Position numbers and translations under genes: made by a program
From: a virus
Strand: one strand, 5' to 3'
Length of the DNA stretch: 64,000 nucleotides
IMG/VR virus record: IMGVR_UViG_3300037499_000265
Coordinates: 1 to 64,000 of that record
The notes under the pieces: model-generated
Database searches by the model: none
What the model saw: the letters and a program-made list of their open reading frames with translations, nothing else
What the model was told of the DNA's origin: nothing
Shown here: one piece after another, positions 1-9,005 of the stretch
Layout of the letters: every line of letters starts with the position of its first letter
Position numbering within the stretch: position 1 is the stretch's first letter

Positions 1-70
1 GGCCGCCCGTGACGCCGACGCGGAAGCCGTTGAACGGGGTGACGCGCTGATCGTTTCACTTCGCCAGGAA

Positions 71-739
71 GTGGATCACTACTACGAGCGAGCACGACGC
101 GCCGAGGTCGACCTGGCCGCCGCCAACGAGCGGGCAGAACGACGGCTCCGCGAGACCGAGAACTCGTGGGAGCAGCTGTCCGGCGAGTACCACGCCGTCG
201 ACGCCCGCGCTGAACAGGCCGAGGCGCGAATTGCGGCCGTGGATGCAGAACTAACCCGCTGGGAACGGCACGCACCCGATGGCTATCCCATCGAGCCAAA
301 AGCCATCGACTACGCCAACCGAATGCGGCGTGTCATCAACGCCGCCGTCCAGCTAGCCGAGACTCGGTTCTCATTCGGGACTGCCGCAATCAAGGAACGA
401 GACCGCGCTGAGGCCGATCTGGCCGAGCTGCGGGAGCGAATCTTAGACATCGACGCCCACGCGACACCTTTCGGAGACATTCCTGACGATCCAGGCTGGA
501 TAGGTACTTACCTTGTTACTGCCGGTGCCCTACATCGAGCACTAGGGCGAATCGGCACCACCGCTCCATCGTGCAAAGCCGAGGCCGACCTGGCCGCCGC
601 GCGGCAGCAACTCGACCAGGTGCAGGCTCTGCTCGACGAGTGGGAACGGCTCGGCAGAGGTGCTGGTGTCCACGGTAAACAGCTTCGTGCCGTCCTGAAC
701 GTAGCTGCGGACGAGACGGGAACGAGAGACGATGAGTGA
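71..739 (+). CDS. phage hypothetical coiled-coil protein with shared C-terminal ADLAAARQQLDQV module
   Basis: ORF track; ATGA overlap with next gene; module shared with neighbours. Confidence 0.7.
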   Translation: MDHYYERARRAEVDLAAANERAERRLRETENSWEQLSGEYHAVDARAEQAEARIAAVDAELTRWERHAPDGYPIEPKAIDYANRMRRVINAAVQLAETRFSFGTAAIKERDRAEADLAELRERILDIDAHATPFGDIPDDPGWIGTYLVTAGALHRALGRIGTTAPSCKAEADLAAARQQLDQVQALLDEWERLGRGAGVHGKQLRAVLNVAADETGTRDDE

Positions 740-1358
740 GCAGCACCTGGGCAGTAATGACGAACGGCGAGCATGGCGCGAGGAGATCTCTTCGGTGCTG
801 AGTCACTTCATCGACGATAACGACAAGCTGCTTCAGGCCACCGACGCTATAGAACAGGCCACTGACGCTATAACGGTCTTGGGTCGCTCGTATCCAACAC
901 CAGATGCGTATGAAGCAGCCTGTGCCGCATTGCACAAGCACCGCCAGCGCGCTGATCAGGCCGAGGCCGAACTCGACGGATTGATCCGTGATCTCCGATC
1001 GTGGCAGGAGGGGTACAAAGAGCAGGCCTGGAGACGTAACGTCGCTGAGAACCGTGCCGAGCGCGCGAAAGATCAGCTTGCCCTACAGAACGACGACATC
1101 AGCCGCATGATGAACGATTTGAACGCGGCACGGCGACAGCTCAAGCAGGTACGGGATGAGATAGAACGGTTGCGGACCGAGGACTCCAAGCTGGCGAATT
1201 GGATGTTGGAGTTGCTTGATCTGCCCACCAACCCAGAGACGCGTTCTGTCGTGGAGAAGGCATATGCGGCAGGTCGTGCGGACGTCCTATATGCCATCAG
1301 GCGAGCATGGCCGGCACGTGCCGACGCCACGCCAGTGAACGGTGACGACGATGACTGA
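732..1358 (+). CDS. phage hypothetical coiled-coil protein
   Basis: ORF in overlapping gene chain. Confidence 0.7.
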   Translation: MSEQHLGSNDERRAWREEISSVLSHFIDDNDKLLQATDAIEQATDAITVLGRSYPTPDAYEAACAALHKHRQRADQAEAELDGLIRDLRSWQEGYKEQAWRRNVAENRAERAKDQLALQNDDISRMMNDLNAARRQLKQVRDEIERLRTEDSKLANWMLELLDLPTNPETRSVVEKAYAAGRADVLYAIRRAWPARADATPVNGDDDD

Positions 1359-1677
1359 AATCACCACGACCGGGCTTGCTGCCCACCCGGCGCGTTCCGC
1401 GGCCGGCTACCCGCACGTCCAGGGCAAGTGTCCGGCCTGCGGCGACGCCAGCCTGTTCCTGGCGTCGGGCGGTTACGTCACCTGCGCGTCCCTGAGCTGC
1501 ACCGACCCGTCCCGGGCGAGTGATCTGCTCAGCGTCGCTCGCGAGCACCACCGGGTAGGCCCGGGCCGCTGCGCGTGCGGCTGGGACGCCTACAAGCAGA
1601 GTGCCTTCATCTACGACTACGGAGACGCGCTCGAGGCACATATCACTTCTGCGAAGCGGGCAAGGAGGACTCGATGA
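1351..1677 (+). CDS. zinc-ribbon phage protein (DUF6085-like)
   Basis: VQGKCPACG...GGYVTCASLSC motif; ATG at 1351 overlaps upstream stop. Confidence 0.6.
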   Translation: MTEITTTGLAAHPARSAAGYPHVQGKCPACGDASLFLASGGYVTCASLSCTDPSRASDLLSVAREHHRVGPGRCACGWDAYKQSAFIYDYGDALEAHITSAKRARRTR

Positions 1678-2267
1678 CGACTGAGGAAGAGCCCCCGTGG
1701 GGCACTCAACGGCAGGTCGACCCGTCCGAACTCCCTTCTGTGAAGGGCCAGAGCGCTCCTCCGGACGAGCAGGCCCACGTGTCGGAGCGACGTGAGCTTT
1801 GCGGCCATCGGTGCCTGAAGGAAGCCGATCACGACCCTCCGCATTTCTACGGCTACGCGCTAGGCCCGGTCGTTGATCTGGATAGTGCTGAGTCGCGAGG
1901 CGTCCGAGCTTACATCGAAGGGGACGACGATCTGCGCCGTAAGTTCGGGGGCGCCTTCTACGAGGACGACGAGCCTGTCGAGCAGGTCAAGGCCGCATTC
2001 GACAATGGCGACAAGAGCGTGATTGCCGCACCAGTGGACGGCGAGCGGATGTACACCGCATCCGAGATTGCTTACTACCAGACTTCAGAAGCCGAGATTG
2101 TGTCGAGGCCTCTGAGACGTCGGCTCGATCGGGCCGAGGCCGATCTAGCCGTTGCGAAGAAGCAACTCGATCAGGTGCGGAAGTGGACTGAGCGTCCCGT
2201 CCCACGGCTGTCCGACCTGTTCGACATTCTCGACGCCGCACCTGCCGGGGAGGCCGTCGATGAGTGA
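1674..2267 (+). CDS. phage hypothetical protein with shared C-terminal module
   Basis: ATG 1674 after AGGAGG; ends RAEADLAVAKKQLDQV...ILDAAP. Confidence 0.7.
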   Translation: MTTEEEPPWGTQRQVDPSELPSVKGQSAPPDEQAHVSERRELCGHRCLKEADHDPPHFYGYALGPVVDLDSAESRGVRAYIEGDDDLRRKFGGAFYEDDEPVEQVKAAFDNGDKSVIAAPVDGERMYTASEIAYYQTSEAEIVSRPLRRRLDRAEADLAVAKKQLDQVRKWTERPVPRLSDLFDILDAAPAGEAVDE

Positions 2268-2898
2268 GCATCCGATAGTCAGGGGTTTCTGCCCTGCGTG
2301 CCGGCGTGGCGGTCTGATGGTCGGCGACGAGGGACACATCACCTGCACGCACGTCGACTGCCCGAATCGGGCGGCTGCCGACGAGCTGCTGCGGGGCATG
2401 CTCGCATCTCAACGTGACGGCTTGATGGAATCAGGTCGCAAGCTTGCGTCTGAGCGTGAGGATCTGATCGCGCAGGGTGTTGACCCGGCTGAGCTGGAGA
2501 TCCCGCTCGCCCCGGCAGATCCGGACGTCTCGCTCGCCTCGGTGGACGGCGAGGACGAGCTGCGGGAGCAGTTCCGCGGACTAATTGACGAGGAAGCGCT
2601 TATAGGTGAGCCTGTGCGCTTGAGCGACCTCATGGCCACGGTCCTGCCGCTGCTGGCCGAGCGTGACGCCGCCGTCGAACGAGCCGAGCACAAGTCGGCG
2701 CTTGCAGCGAAGCAGCTACTACGGAGCGCGCGCCTGCGTGCCGACCTGGCCGCCGCGCGGGAGCAGCTCGACCAAGTGCGGGCGGACATTGACGACTGGG
2801 CCGAAGGCATAGCCCTGACCCACGACGAACTGGTCCGGCTTGAGGCCATCCTCGACGCCGCGCCTGCAGACGAGACAGGCGGTGCGTTCGGTGAGTGA
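2260..2898 (+). CDS. zinc-ribbon (DUF6085-like) protein with shared C-terminal module
   Basis: VRGFCPACR...GHITCTHVDC resembles 1351..1677; ATG 2260 after GGGAGG. Confidence 0.65.
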   Translation: MSEHPIVRGFCPACRRGGLMVGDEGHITCTHVDCPNRAAADELLRGMLASQRDGLMESGRKLASEREDLIAQGVDPAELEIPLAPADPDVSLASVDGEDELREQFRGLIDEEALIGEPVRLSDLMATVLPLLAERDAAVERAEHKSALAAKQLLRSARLRADLAAAREQLDQVRADIDDWAEGIALTHDELVRLEAILDAAPADETGGAFGE

Positions 2899-3133
2899 CG
2901 GGCGCACGCCAACGACCGCCCAAGTGCGTATGGACTTCGCCTACCTCGGCGGCTACAGCCGTGAGGCCGAATTCGACGATCGAGTTGCGCAGTTCAACCG
3001 TTGGCTGCGCTGGGTCAAGGCTGAAGTGTGGAGTGAGGCGTACCAGGACGGCTGGTCCGATCGTGCGCATCCAGGCGAGGACGTTCAGCGCAACCCGTAT
3101 CGCGCAGATGCCGCGCCTACGGACGAGGAGTGA
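2891..3133 (+). CDS. phage hypothetical protein
   Basis: GTG overlapping upstream gene end; ends DAAPTDEE. Confidence 0.6.
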   Translation: MSDGRTPTTAQVRMDFAYLGGYSREAEFDDRVAQFNRWLRWVKAEVWSEAYQDGWSDRAHPGEDVQRNPYRADAAPTDEE

Positions 3134-3139
3134 GATCCG

Positions 3140-3391
3140 ATGGATGCCGATCCTGAACATATCCTCGCCCGCGTCGCCGTAGCCATCGGCTTCAGTGAGT
3201 TCGAGCGCCGAAGCGGACCGCCGAACGTCCAGCCGCGACACTTCGAGACCGCTCGCGATGTTCTGGAAGAACTGGCGGGCGCTCTCCACACCCAAGGTTT
3301 CGGCGCGCGCGTCAACGTGCTCAACACGACATCAGACCTGCTGACCGAGGCTGCCCACGCTCCCGGTCCCGATGGAAGGGGTAGTACGTGA
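3140..3391 (+). CDS. hypothetical protein
   Basis: ORF after GAGGAG. Confidence 0.6.
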   Translation: MDADPEHILARVAVAIGFSEFERRSGPPNVQPRHFETARDVLEELAGALHTQGFGARVNVLNTTSDLLTEAAHAPGPDGRGST

Positions 3392-3567
3392 TGCGACTTG
3401 TCAGACGGCTCTTGCAACGGACCTGTCCTCAGTGCGGCACCAAATTCGACCGCGGCACCGGCAGTCCCGGACTGTTCACCAATCGTGAGACGTACTGTCG
3501 AATTGAGTGTTTGGGCAATGCGTGGCGTGAGGATATCGAGCGGCGCGACGAGGTAGGAGAGCGATGA
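3391..3567 (+). CDS. small CxxC zinc-finger-like protein (58 aa, not in ORF track)
   Basis: TGATG coupling; MRLVRRLLQRTCPQCGTKF...YCRIEC. Confidence 0.5.
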   Translation: MRLVRRLLQRTCPQCGTKFDRGTGSPGLFTNRETYCRIECLGNAWREDIERRDEVGER

Positions 3568-4043
3568 TGAATGATCATCCAACACGCGCGAGGAACCCCG
3601 ACCCCGGGTCCCTGTTGGATCTGGACGCCATCGAGCGGCGGACCGGGGCCGCGACGCCCGGACCCTGGACAGCAGAGCACAGAGGTTTCGACGTGTACGA
3701 GACGCAGACCGACCACGGCGATGTCGTAGCTGAAGCCGGTCTGTCGACCAACGACGCCGCATTCATTGCTGCTGCCCGCTCGGATGTACCGGCACTGGTC
3801 GCCGAGGTGCGTCGCCTGCGACAGCAACTCGACCAGTCACGGCTTGAGTTGTCAGCGGCAGTCGAGAGTTACACCAACATGGTCGAAGGCATGATCGAGG
3901 CGGAGATCGGCGAGGGTGCGCTCGCGCTGGCCATGCTCCGGTCTATGGAGGGCGCGCTGGACATCGTTGATCAGGATCGGCCGAGACCAGTCGGACAGAG
4001 ACTGCTCGTCGCTTTCGACGCCGCGCCTGTAGATGAGACGTGA
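3564..4043 (+). CDS. conserved phage protein (ead/Ea22-like ATPGPW family)
   Basis: LDAIERR..AATPGPW...NDAAFIAAARSDVPALVAEVRRL. Confidence 0.65.
   Translation: MMNDHPTRARNPDPGSLLDLDAIERRTGAATPGPWTAEHRGFDVYETQTDHGDVVAEAGLSTNDAAFIAAARSDVPALVAEVRRLRQQLDQSRLELSAAVESYTNMVEGMIEAEIGEGALALAMLRSMEGALDIVDQDRPRPVGQRLLVAFDAAPVDET
3573..3605 (+). repeat. 33-bp dispersed repeat, copy 1
   Basis: GATCAT-NN-AACACGCGCGAGGAACCCYGACCCC; also at 6160 and 10860. Confidence 0.9.
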
Positions 4044-4189
4044 TGGCCGACGTGATCATGGCATTCGACTCGCGTTGCAGGGACTGCCGCGCGTTGCTGC
4101 TGCTTGGAACGACCGCGCGGCGTGTCCTTGATCGCCTCCTGTGCGCAGAATGTGCGCCAGCGATCGCCGAGATGGAGGAAACACTGTGA
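4043..4189 (+). CDS. small 2xCxxC protein (48 aa, not in ORF track)
   Basis: TGATG and GTGA overlaps at both ends; RCRDCR...LCAEC. Confidence 0.5.
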   Translation: MADVIMAFDSRCRDCRALLLLGTTARRVLDRLLCAECAPAIAEMEETL

Positions 4190-4557
4190 GTGAACAGGAT
4201 CTGAGTCACTCGATCGCCAGCGTCAGCGCATGGATCGACAACGCACCGGTCAACCGGCAGCGCGACAGCGAGGCTGCCACGTGGGGACGCCTAGCCAAAG
4301 TCGCCGAAGAATCCGGCGAGGTCATCGCCGCGTACATCGGTGCCACGGGACAGAATCCGCGCAAGGGTGTGACGAACGACGAGCACGCTGTTGCACGGGA
4401 GCTGATGGATGTCGCGGTCACAGCACTCGCCGCGTGGGAGCACATGACCGGCCACCGGGGCGTGTGCATCGACGCTCTCGCCTCGCACGTCCAGGGTCTT
4501 ACTATCCGGGCAGGGCTAGATATCCAAATCGTGCACTCATACGGAGGCACCTCTTGA
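4186..4557 (+). CDS. MazG-like nucleotide pyrophosphohydrolase
   Basis: KVAEESGEV...ELMDV acidic motifs; GTG after GGAGG. Confidence 0.75.
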   Translation: MSEQDLSHSIASVSAWIDNAPVNRQRDSEAATWGRLAKVAEESGEVIAAYIGATGQNPRKGVTNDEHAVARELMDVAVTALAAWEHMTGHRGVCIDALASHVQGLTIRAGLDIQIVHSYGGTS

Positions 4558-4949
4558 TCGAACTGTTCCTGCTTCTGATCGCTGGCCACTACCTGGCCGA
4601 CTTCGGTCTCCAGCCGGACTTCGTCGCCAAGATGAAGTCTCGGGTGTTCTTCGAGGCGATGGGGTTCCACTGCCTGACCGCGCACGCCATGATCCATGGC
4701 CTGGTCGCGGCGGCTGTCGCCGGCGTACTCGGCTACGGCTGGTTGATGCCGTTCGTCGTGGTCGCGATCACGCACTGGCTGATCGACTTCGGCAAGGCAT
4801 GGGACGGCTGGCCTGATGCCTGGCGGATTACCCAGGGCGCCAAGCAGTCGGGCAAGCCGGACGCTCGCGGGCTGTACGGCATCAACGCCGACCAGGCGTT
4901 GCACATCTTCGTGCTGATCATTGTCGCGCTGGCGGTGGTCGCGTCATGA
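4554..4949 (+). CDS. DUF3307 family membrane protein
   Basis: GHYLADFGLQ...HAMIH...THWLIDFGK...DQALH; TTG start overlapping MazG stop. Confidence 0.8.
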   Translation: MIELFLLLIAGHYLADFGLQPDFVAKMKSRVFFEAMGFHCLTAHAMIHGLVAAAVAGVLGYGWLMPFVVVAITHWLIDFGKAWDGWPDAWRITQGAKQSGKPDARGLYGINADQALHIFVLIIVALAVVAS

Positions 4950-5524
4950 GCGGTTCCAACATCCCCGCGATCGACTGCCCGAAGTGCCTGCACGGAGGCT
5001 TGGTCACCGGGGTTCAGATCATGACAGAGCCGGAACTTGACGACTTCTACGATCTGTTGGTGAAGGGTGAGGTGTACACGAGAGTGCCGCCGCGAAATCG
5101 GGTCATCGGTTGGCGGATGCTGCCTTGCGAGCACGAACTCTCCGTCCAGGACTGGGTATTCATCGGTGACGAGGAAGGTACCCGTCTAGAGGGTCGGGAT
5201 CGTGTGCTCTTGCTCGATGACTCTGGGGCGGTGAAGCAACCGATGCTGGACTACTGGCGCAACCGGGCGAAGAACGCGAAGCAGGCGGAGATCGACCTAG
5301 AAGCCGCGCAGGCGCAGCTCCGGGCCGTGCGGCGGGTGGCCGACCTGCACTCCAAGCGTGGTGGCAAGGGTAAGGCCGCGTTCATTTCTGACTTGCGTCG
5401 TGCTCTGGATACTGCCCCAGTCAAGCCTACGGATGAGACAGAGGGTATCGACGTTCACAACATCGAGATGCAGGAGGTCCGAAAGGGCGACCGCAGCGAC
5501 ACCAGGACTCGGGGAGGCACCTGA
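4946..5524 (+). CDS. hypothetical protein with degenerate shared C-terminal module
   Basis: ORF chain; AEIDLEAAQAQLRAV...ALDTAP. Confidence 0.65.
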   Translation: MSGSNIPAIDCPKCLHGGLVTGVQIMTEPELDDFYDLLVKGEVYTRVPPRNRVIGWRMLPCEHELSVQDWVFIGDEEGTRLEGRDRVLLLDDSGAVKQPMLDYWRNRAKNAKQAEIDLEAAQAQLRAVRRVADLHSKRGGKGKAAFISDLRRALDTAPVKPTDETEGIDVHNIEMQEVRKGDRSDTRTRGGT

Positions 5525-5796
5525 TGGCCGATGACAAGGTCAAGACCGCGATCGACGTGCTAGCCAGGTGGGTCATGCACTGGGAGATGCTCGGGCTGAT
5601 CGAGGACGACGATACCGATTTGAACCGATTCGGCCCCGCGATCGGCAGGCCTGGTGCGCGTCCTGCTGATGACTGGGCCGACGAACTCGACTGGAGCCTC
5701 GTCATCCAGCGGATCGAACAGATCACAACCGGCCTCAAGCCGACCAGAGACCAGTTCAACGCCGCCTACGAGTTCCTGGCCGAGCGGGGCAAATGA
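5524..5796 (+). CDS. hypothetical protein
   Basis: TGATG coupling. Confidence 0.65.
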   Translation: MADDKVKTAIDVLARWVMHWEMLGLIEDDDTDLNRFGPAIGRPGARPADDWADELDWSLVIQRIEQITTGLKPTRDQFNAAYEFLAERGK

Positions 5797-6134
5797 TGGC
5801 CGAGCTACCGATCCGCGTCCGTGTCACCGAGGTGACCGTCACCTGCATGCCGGAAGGCAGTCCTGACGAGCACATCTTGTCGCTCAAGGTTGTCGAACGC
5901 AGTCCCGACCGCTATGCCGTGCTGCACGCAGGCTTCGCTCTCGGCAGCGACGGTAACTGGGACTACGAAGGGCACCCCAGTGAGCGCCGGGAGGAGTGGC
6001 TGGCGACCCACCGGTTCGACTACAACACCGCGCTACGGCTGGCCGCTGAGTGGGCGCCGAAGATTCGTGTCAACGGTCAGACCGCCGGCGATGTCGTCGG
6101 CTGGTACGAGTTCCAAGCTGGTAAGGAAGCGTGA
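5793..6134 (+). CDS. conserved actinophage hypothetical protein
   Basis: ORF chain, typical codon usage. Confidence 0.65.
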   Translation: MMAELPIRVRVTEVTVTCMPEGSPDEHILSLKVVERSPDRYAVLHAGFALGSDGNWDYEGHPSERREEWLATHRFDYNTALRLAAEWAPKIRVNGQTAGDVVGWYEFQAGKEA

Positions 6135-6159
6135 CGACTGACCGGTTCACCAGCTAGTT

Positions 6160-6192
6160 GATCATGTAACACGCGCGAGGAACCCTGACCCC
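6160..6192 (+). repeat. 33-bp dispersed repeat, copy 2
   Basis: GATCATGTAACACGCGCGAGGAACCCTGACCCC. Confidence 0.9.
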
Positions 6193-6207
6193 GTCTTCTC
6201 TATCGAG

Positions 6208-6237
6208 TTGACACAACTCGTGTCTACCCGATACTGT
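6208..6237 (+). promoter_or_regulatory. sigma70/HrdB-type promoter
   Basis: TTGACA-N18-TACTGT upstream of GGAGG RBS of 6278. Confidence 0.75.
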
Positions 6238-6277
6238 AGAGCCTGATAGAGACAACCGACGACTCAGGAGGTCGCCC

Positions 6278-6928
6278 ATGAACTATGCACCGAAGCACGC
6301 AAAGCTCAAGACATCGTCCCATCGACTGCTCGTACGCCTGTCCGCCTTCCTCGCCGCGTTCGGACTCGTGCTCGGTGGCACTCTCATCGCAGCGCCGGCC
6401 GCCAGTGCTGGTCACAACGAGCCTGGCGTTTACGTCGGAAGCATGGGCGTCGACGGCAGTTTCACCATCGATACATACTGGCAGGACGGTGAACATCTGG
6501 TCACCAACGCAGTCCTGGTCGTTGAGATCGATGGTTCCGTGACGACGTACCCATTTCCCGCTCCAACCGACTTGACGATCACCGTTCCTGACCCCTACGA
6601 GCCAGTGACTGTCAGTTATCGGGTGTTCGGTGGAGGCGAGCGCAGCTACGATCTTCCACTCTGGAACGGCTACGGCGGCTCGGCGTTCACGGCTGACATC
6701 AACGACTACGGAGCAACGAACGGCTGGGGCTGGGTGACGGCAGGCACCAGTGACGACAATCCGTTCGTCAACTGGCTCGAGACGACCGTACAGCCCACCG
6801 CGACACCTCCTGTAGACGAGGATGGCCCACCGCACGAGGGTGGCGATGTTGTCTCCGAGCAGGCGAAGTCCGGCGCCCCGATTGCGCATGCCAACGGTCA
6901 AGGCAAGCGGTTCCAGGTCGACGAGTAG
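6278..6928 (+). CDS. secreted protein
   Basis: basic N-terminus, hydrophobic helix, AxA cleavage site (APAASA). Confidence 0.75.
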   Translation: MNYAPKHAKLKTSSHRLLVRLSAFLAAFGLVLGGTLIAAPAASAGHNEPGVYVGSMGVDGSFTIDTYWQDGEHLVTNAVLVVEIDGSVTTYPFPAPTDLTITVPDPYEPVTVSYRVFGGGERSYDLPLWNGYGGSAFTADINDYGATNGWGWVTAGTSDDNPFVNWLETTVQPTATPPVDEDGPPHEGGDVVSEQAKSGAPIAHANGQGKRFQVDE

Positions 6929-6954
6929 CTGAACGCTCGGGAGAGTGAAGTAGC

Positions 6955-7137
6955 GTGATGAGCTCCTGGGGCGTGCATCGCCGTCGCATGCCTCAGGACT
7001 CATCGATGTGGGCACGACCGCCGGTGGCCTCGAGCTTCGCGGCACGACGTCGCTGGTGGCCGTGCGCCGTCAGTCATCTTGTCGTCGTCATTGCCACCAT
7101 CGTCATCATGTACCTGATCGGAGGCGTGACATCGTGA
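6955..7137 (+). CDS. small membrane protein
   Basis: C-terminal hydrophobic stretch; overlaps next start. Confidence 0.45.
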   Translation: MMSSWGVHRRRMPQDSSMWARPPVASSFAARRRWWPCAVSHLVVVIATIVIMYLIGGVTS

Positions 7138-7346
7138 GCGTCACCACTCGTGTCGCCACCGTTATCCGTGAGCACGCTCGAGCTGGTCTCAGCGGTCGTT
7201 GCAAATGTTTCGAGGCCTGGACCCCTGAACACGTCACCGAGCGGCTCTACACCTTGGGCCTGCTCGCCGACGGTCGGCCCCCACTGAGACCGGCGCCGGC
7301 CGATAAGAGCTGGCTGACCGAAGATCCGGAACAGGTGCCGTTCTGA
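7134..7346 (+). CDS. hypothetical protein
   Basis: GTGA overlap, GGAGG upstream. Confidence 0.55.
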   Translation: MSVTTRVATVIREHARAGLSGRCKCFEAWTPEHVTERLYTLGLLADGRPPLRPAPADKSWLTEDPEQVPF

Positions 7347-7552
7347 TGAGCTTTCAACCCTGCCCGGTCGACAACTGCGGCCGAGAAGCTCAGTTCGGAC
7401 ACCTACTGTGTCGTGACTGCTGGTTCCAGGTACCCGTCACGCTCCGGCGCGAGGTCTGGCGCACCTGGCGACGCTACATGCGCTCCCACAGCGACAACGA
7501 CTTCGCTGCCTACGATCAGGCCCGCGAGGCCGCGATAACGAGTGTGCCATGA
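7346..7552 (+). CDS. small Cys-rich phage protein
   Basis: CPVDNC...LCRDCW...VWRTW. Confidence 0.65.
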   Translation: MSFQPCPVDNCGREAQFGHLLCRDCWFQVPVTLRREVWRTWRRYMRSHSDNDFAAYDQAREAAITSVP

Positions 7553-7688
7553 GTCGGCTACGCAGGTTCAATATCAGGCAGTTTCTATGTCGGCACGAAT
7601 GGGACTGCGACTGGTCGCGGTTGTGCGTTGGAGACCACACGTGCCGGAAGTGCGGATACACACCTGCTTCGCAGGACGGTGATCGGAA

Positions 7689-7916
7689 ATGGCTGACACG
7701 ATCTTGAGGCCTGGCGATCGGGTGCTGGTCCGCGACGCTGGCGGCGAGTGGCACGAGGCTGTAGCCGACAGCGAGGTCGAGCTTGAGCGCGAAGTCGACA
7801 CTCGAACCGGCCGATACAGGAAGCTTCACGACTTCCCGGTGATATGGGTCCGGTTCCGTCCTGGCGGTGAGCGCATGCCATGGCCTGCTGAAGACGTGAA
7901 GCTGACCGAGGCATGA
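7689..7916 (+). CDS. SH3-like hypothetical protein
   Basis: [11 protein letters not shown]...WPAEDV. Confidence 0.6.
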   Translation: MADTILRPGDRVLVRDAGGEWHEAVADSEVELEREVDTRTGRYRKLHDFPVIWVRFRPGGERMPWPAEDVKLTEA

Positions 7917-7993
7917 GCAAAAAACTGTCACCAGCGTCTTTGACTGGTACAGTCCGGGCCATCAAGTTAGATCGTCTACGAAGGGAGCACCGC

Positions 7994-8947
7994 ATGAGAA
8001 AGATCATCATCGCCGTCATCGCCGCCTTCGGGCTGCTGATGCTCGGCACCATATCGGCACAGGCCGACGAGCATACGGACTGCCAGACCGTCACCACGAC
8101 CCTGGTCGACCGGCCTGACAGCGCGGTCGGCGGAGGCACGTGGGCGTTGGACGCCATGATCCGCACCACTGTGGTCTGTCAGACCGACCAGGGTGTCTAC
8201 TCCGCACGGGTCGATGACGACGGTACATTCGTCACTCTCGCCCTGGACCACACCCCAGCCGGGGCAGCGCAAGCATTGCCGGCTGGCGTCGAGGGCACAG
8301 TGGTCGGCGGGTTTGACACGATCACCTTCCAAGCGGCAGCGGACTGGGAGACATTTGATGCCAGCGTTCTCGACGGTGTGACCGTCATCGGCGCTGACCA
8401 TCCGTCTGGCACGTGGGTCTCGGAGCTGTTCAGCGACGTCGACGCTTCGACGCTGGACGGTGACGCCTGGTCGTGGACCTACACCACGTGCTCGGAGTCT
8501 TGGACCAACCAGGCCGCCGCTCTGGGCGGAAACTTGGGTGACATTACCGGTCTCCCAGGTTGCGATGGACAAGACGGCGAGGATGGGGATGATGGTCAAG
8601 ATGGAGAGCCTGGCCCACCGGGACCGGCTGGACCAGCTGGACCGGCTGGACAAGACGGCAAGGACGGCAATACCGATCTTTTGAACTGCGACGATTTTGA
8701 GTTCCAGGAAGATGCTCAGGCTGTTCTCGATGCCGACCTGTCCGATCCCAACGTCCTCGATGGCGACAACGACGGTATCGCGTGCGAGAGCCTGCCACAT
8801 GAGCCGGATGCCGCCGTGCCGACCGCCATCCCGGCTGGCACAGCCGGTGGGGAACTGCCGAAGACCGGCTTCCCCGTCCCGCTGATCGCGCTGGGCGGGC
8901 TGGCGTTGGCCGCCGCTGGCGCACTGCTGCGCAAGTTCGCCAGCTAG
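7994..8947 (+). CDS. sortase-anchored surface protein: signal peptide, collagen-like Gly-X-Y, Excalibur Ca-binding domain, LPKTG
   Basis: MRKIIIAV...SAQA signal; [22 protein letters not shown]; LNCDDF...[15 protein letters not shown]; LPKTG + hydrophobic helix + RK tail. Confidence 0.85.
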   Translation: MRKIIIAVIAAFGLLMLGTISAQADEHTDCQTVTTTLVDRPDSAVGGGTWALDAMIRTTVVCQTDQGVYSARVDDDGTFVTLALDHTPAGAAQALPAGVEGTVVGGFDTITFQAAADWETFDASVLDGVTVIGADHPSGTWVSELFSDVDASTLDGDAWSWTYTTCSESWTNQAAALGGNLGDITGLPGCDGQDGEDGDDGQDGEPGPPGPAGPAGPAGQDGKDGNTDLLNCDDFEFQEDAQAVLDADLSDPNVLDGDNDGIACESLPHEPDAAVPTAIPAGTAGGELPKTGFPVPLIALGGLALAAAGALLRKFAS

Positions 8948-8957
8948 CTCTGTAGGT

Positions 8958-9001
8958 GGCAGGGAGAGGGCGCCAAGGCTGATCGTCGCCCTCTCCCCGC
9001 C
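8958..9001 (+). terminator. inverted repeat after surface protein gene
   Basis: GGCAGGGAGAGGGCG / CGCCCTCTCCCCGCC. Confidence 0.55.
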
Positions 9002-9005
9002 TTCA

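Noticed and set aside
4171-4180. GATGGAGGAA at the MazG RBS is a perfect 10-nt complement of RNA units 1 and 2
   Set aside because: A 10-mer that is mostly an SD sequence is expected by chance; not evidence of targeting.
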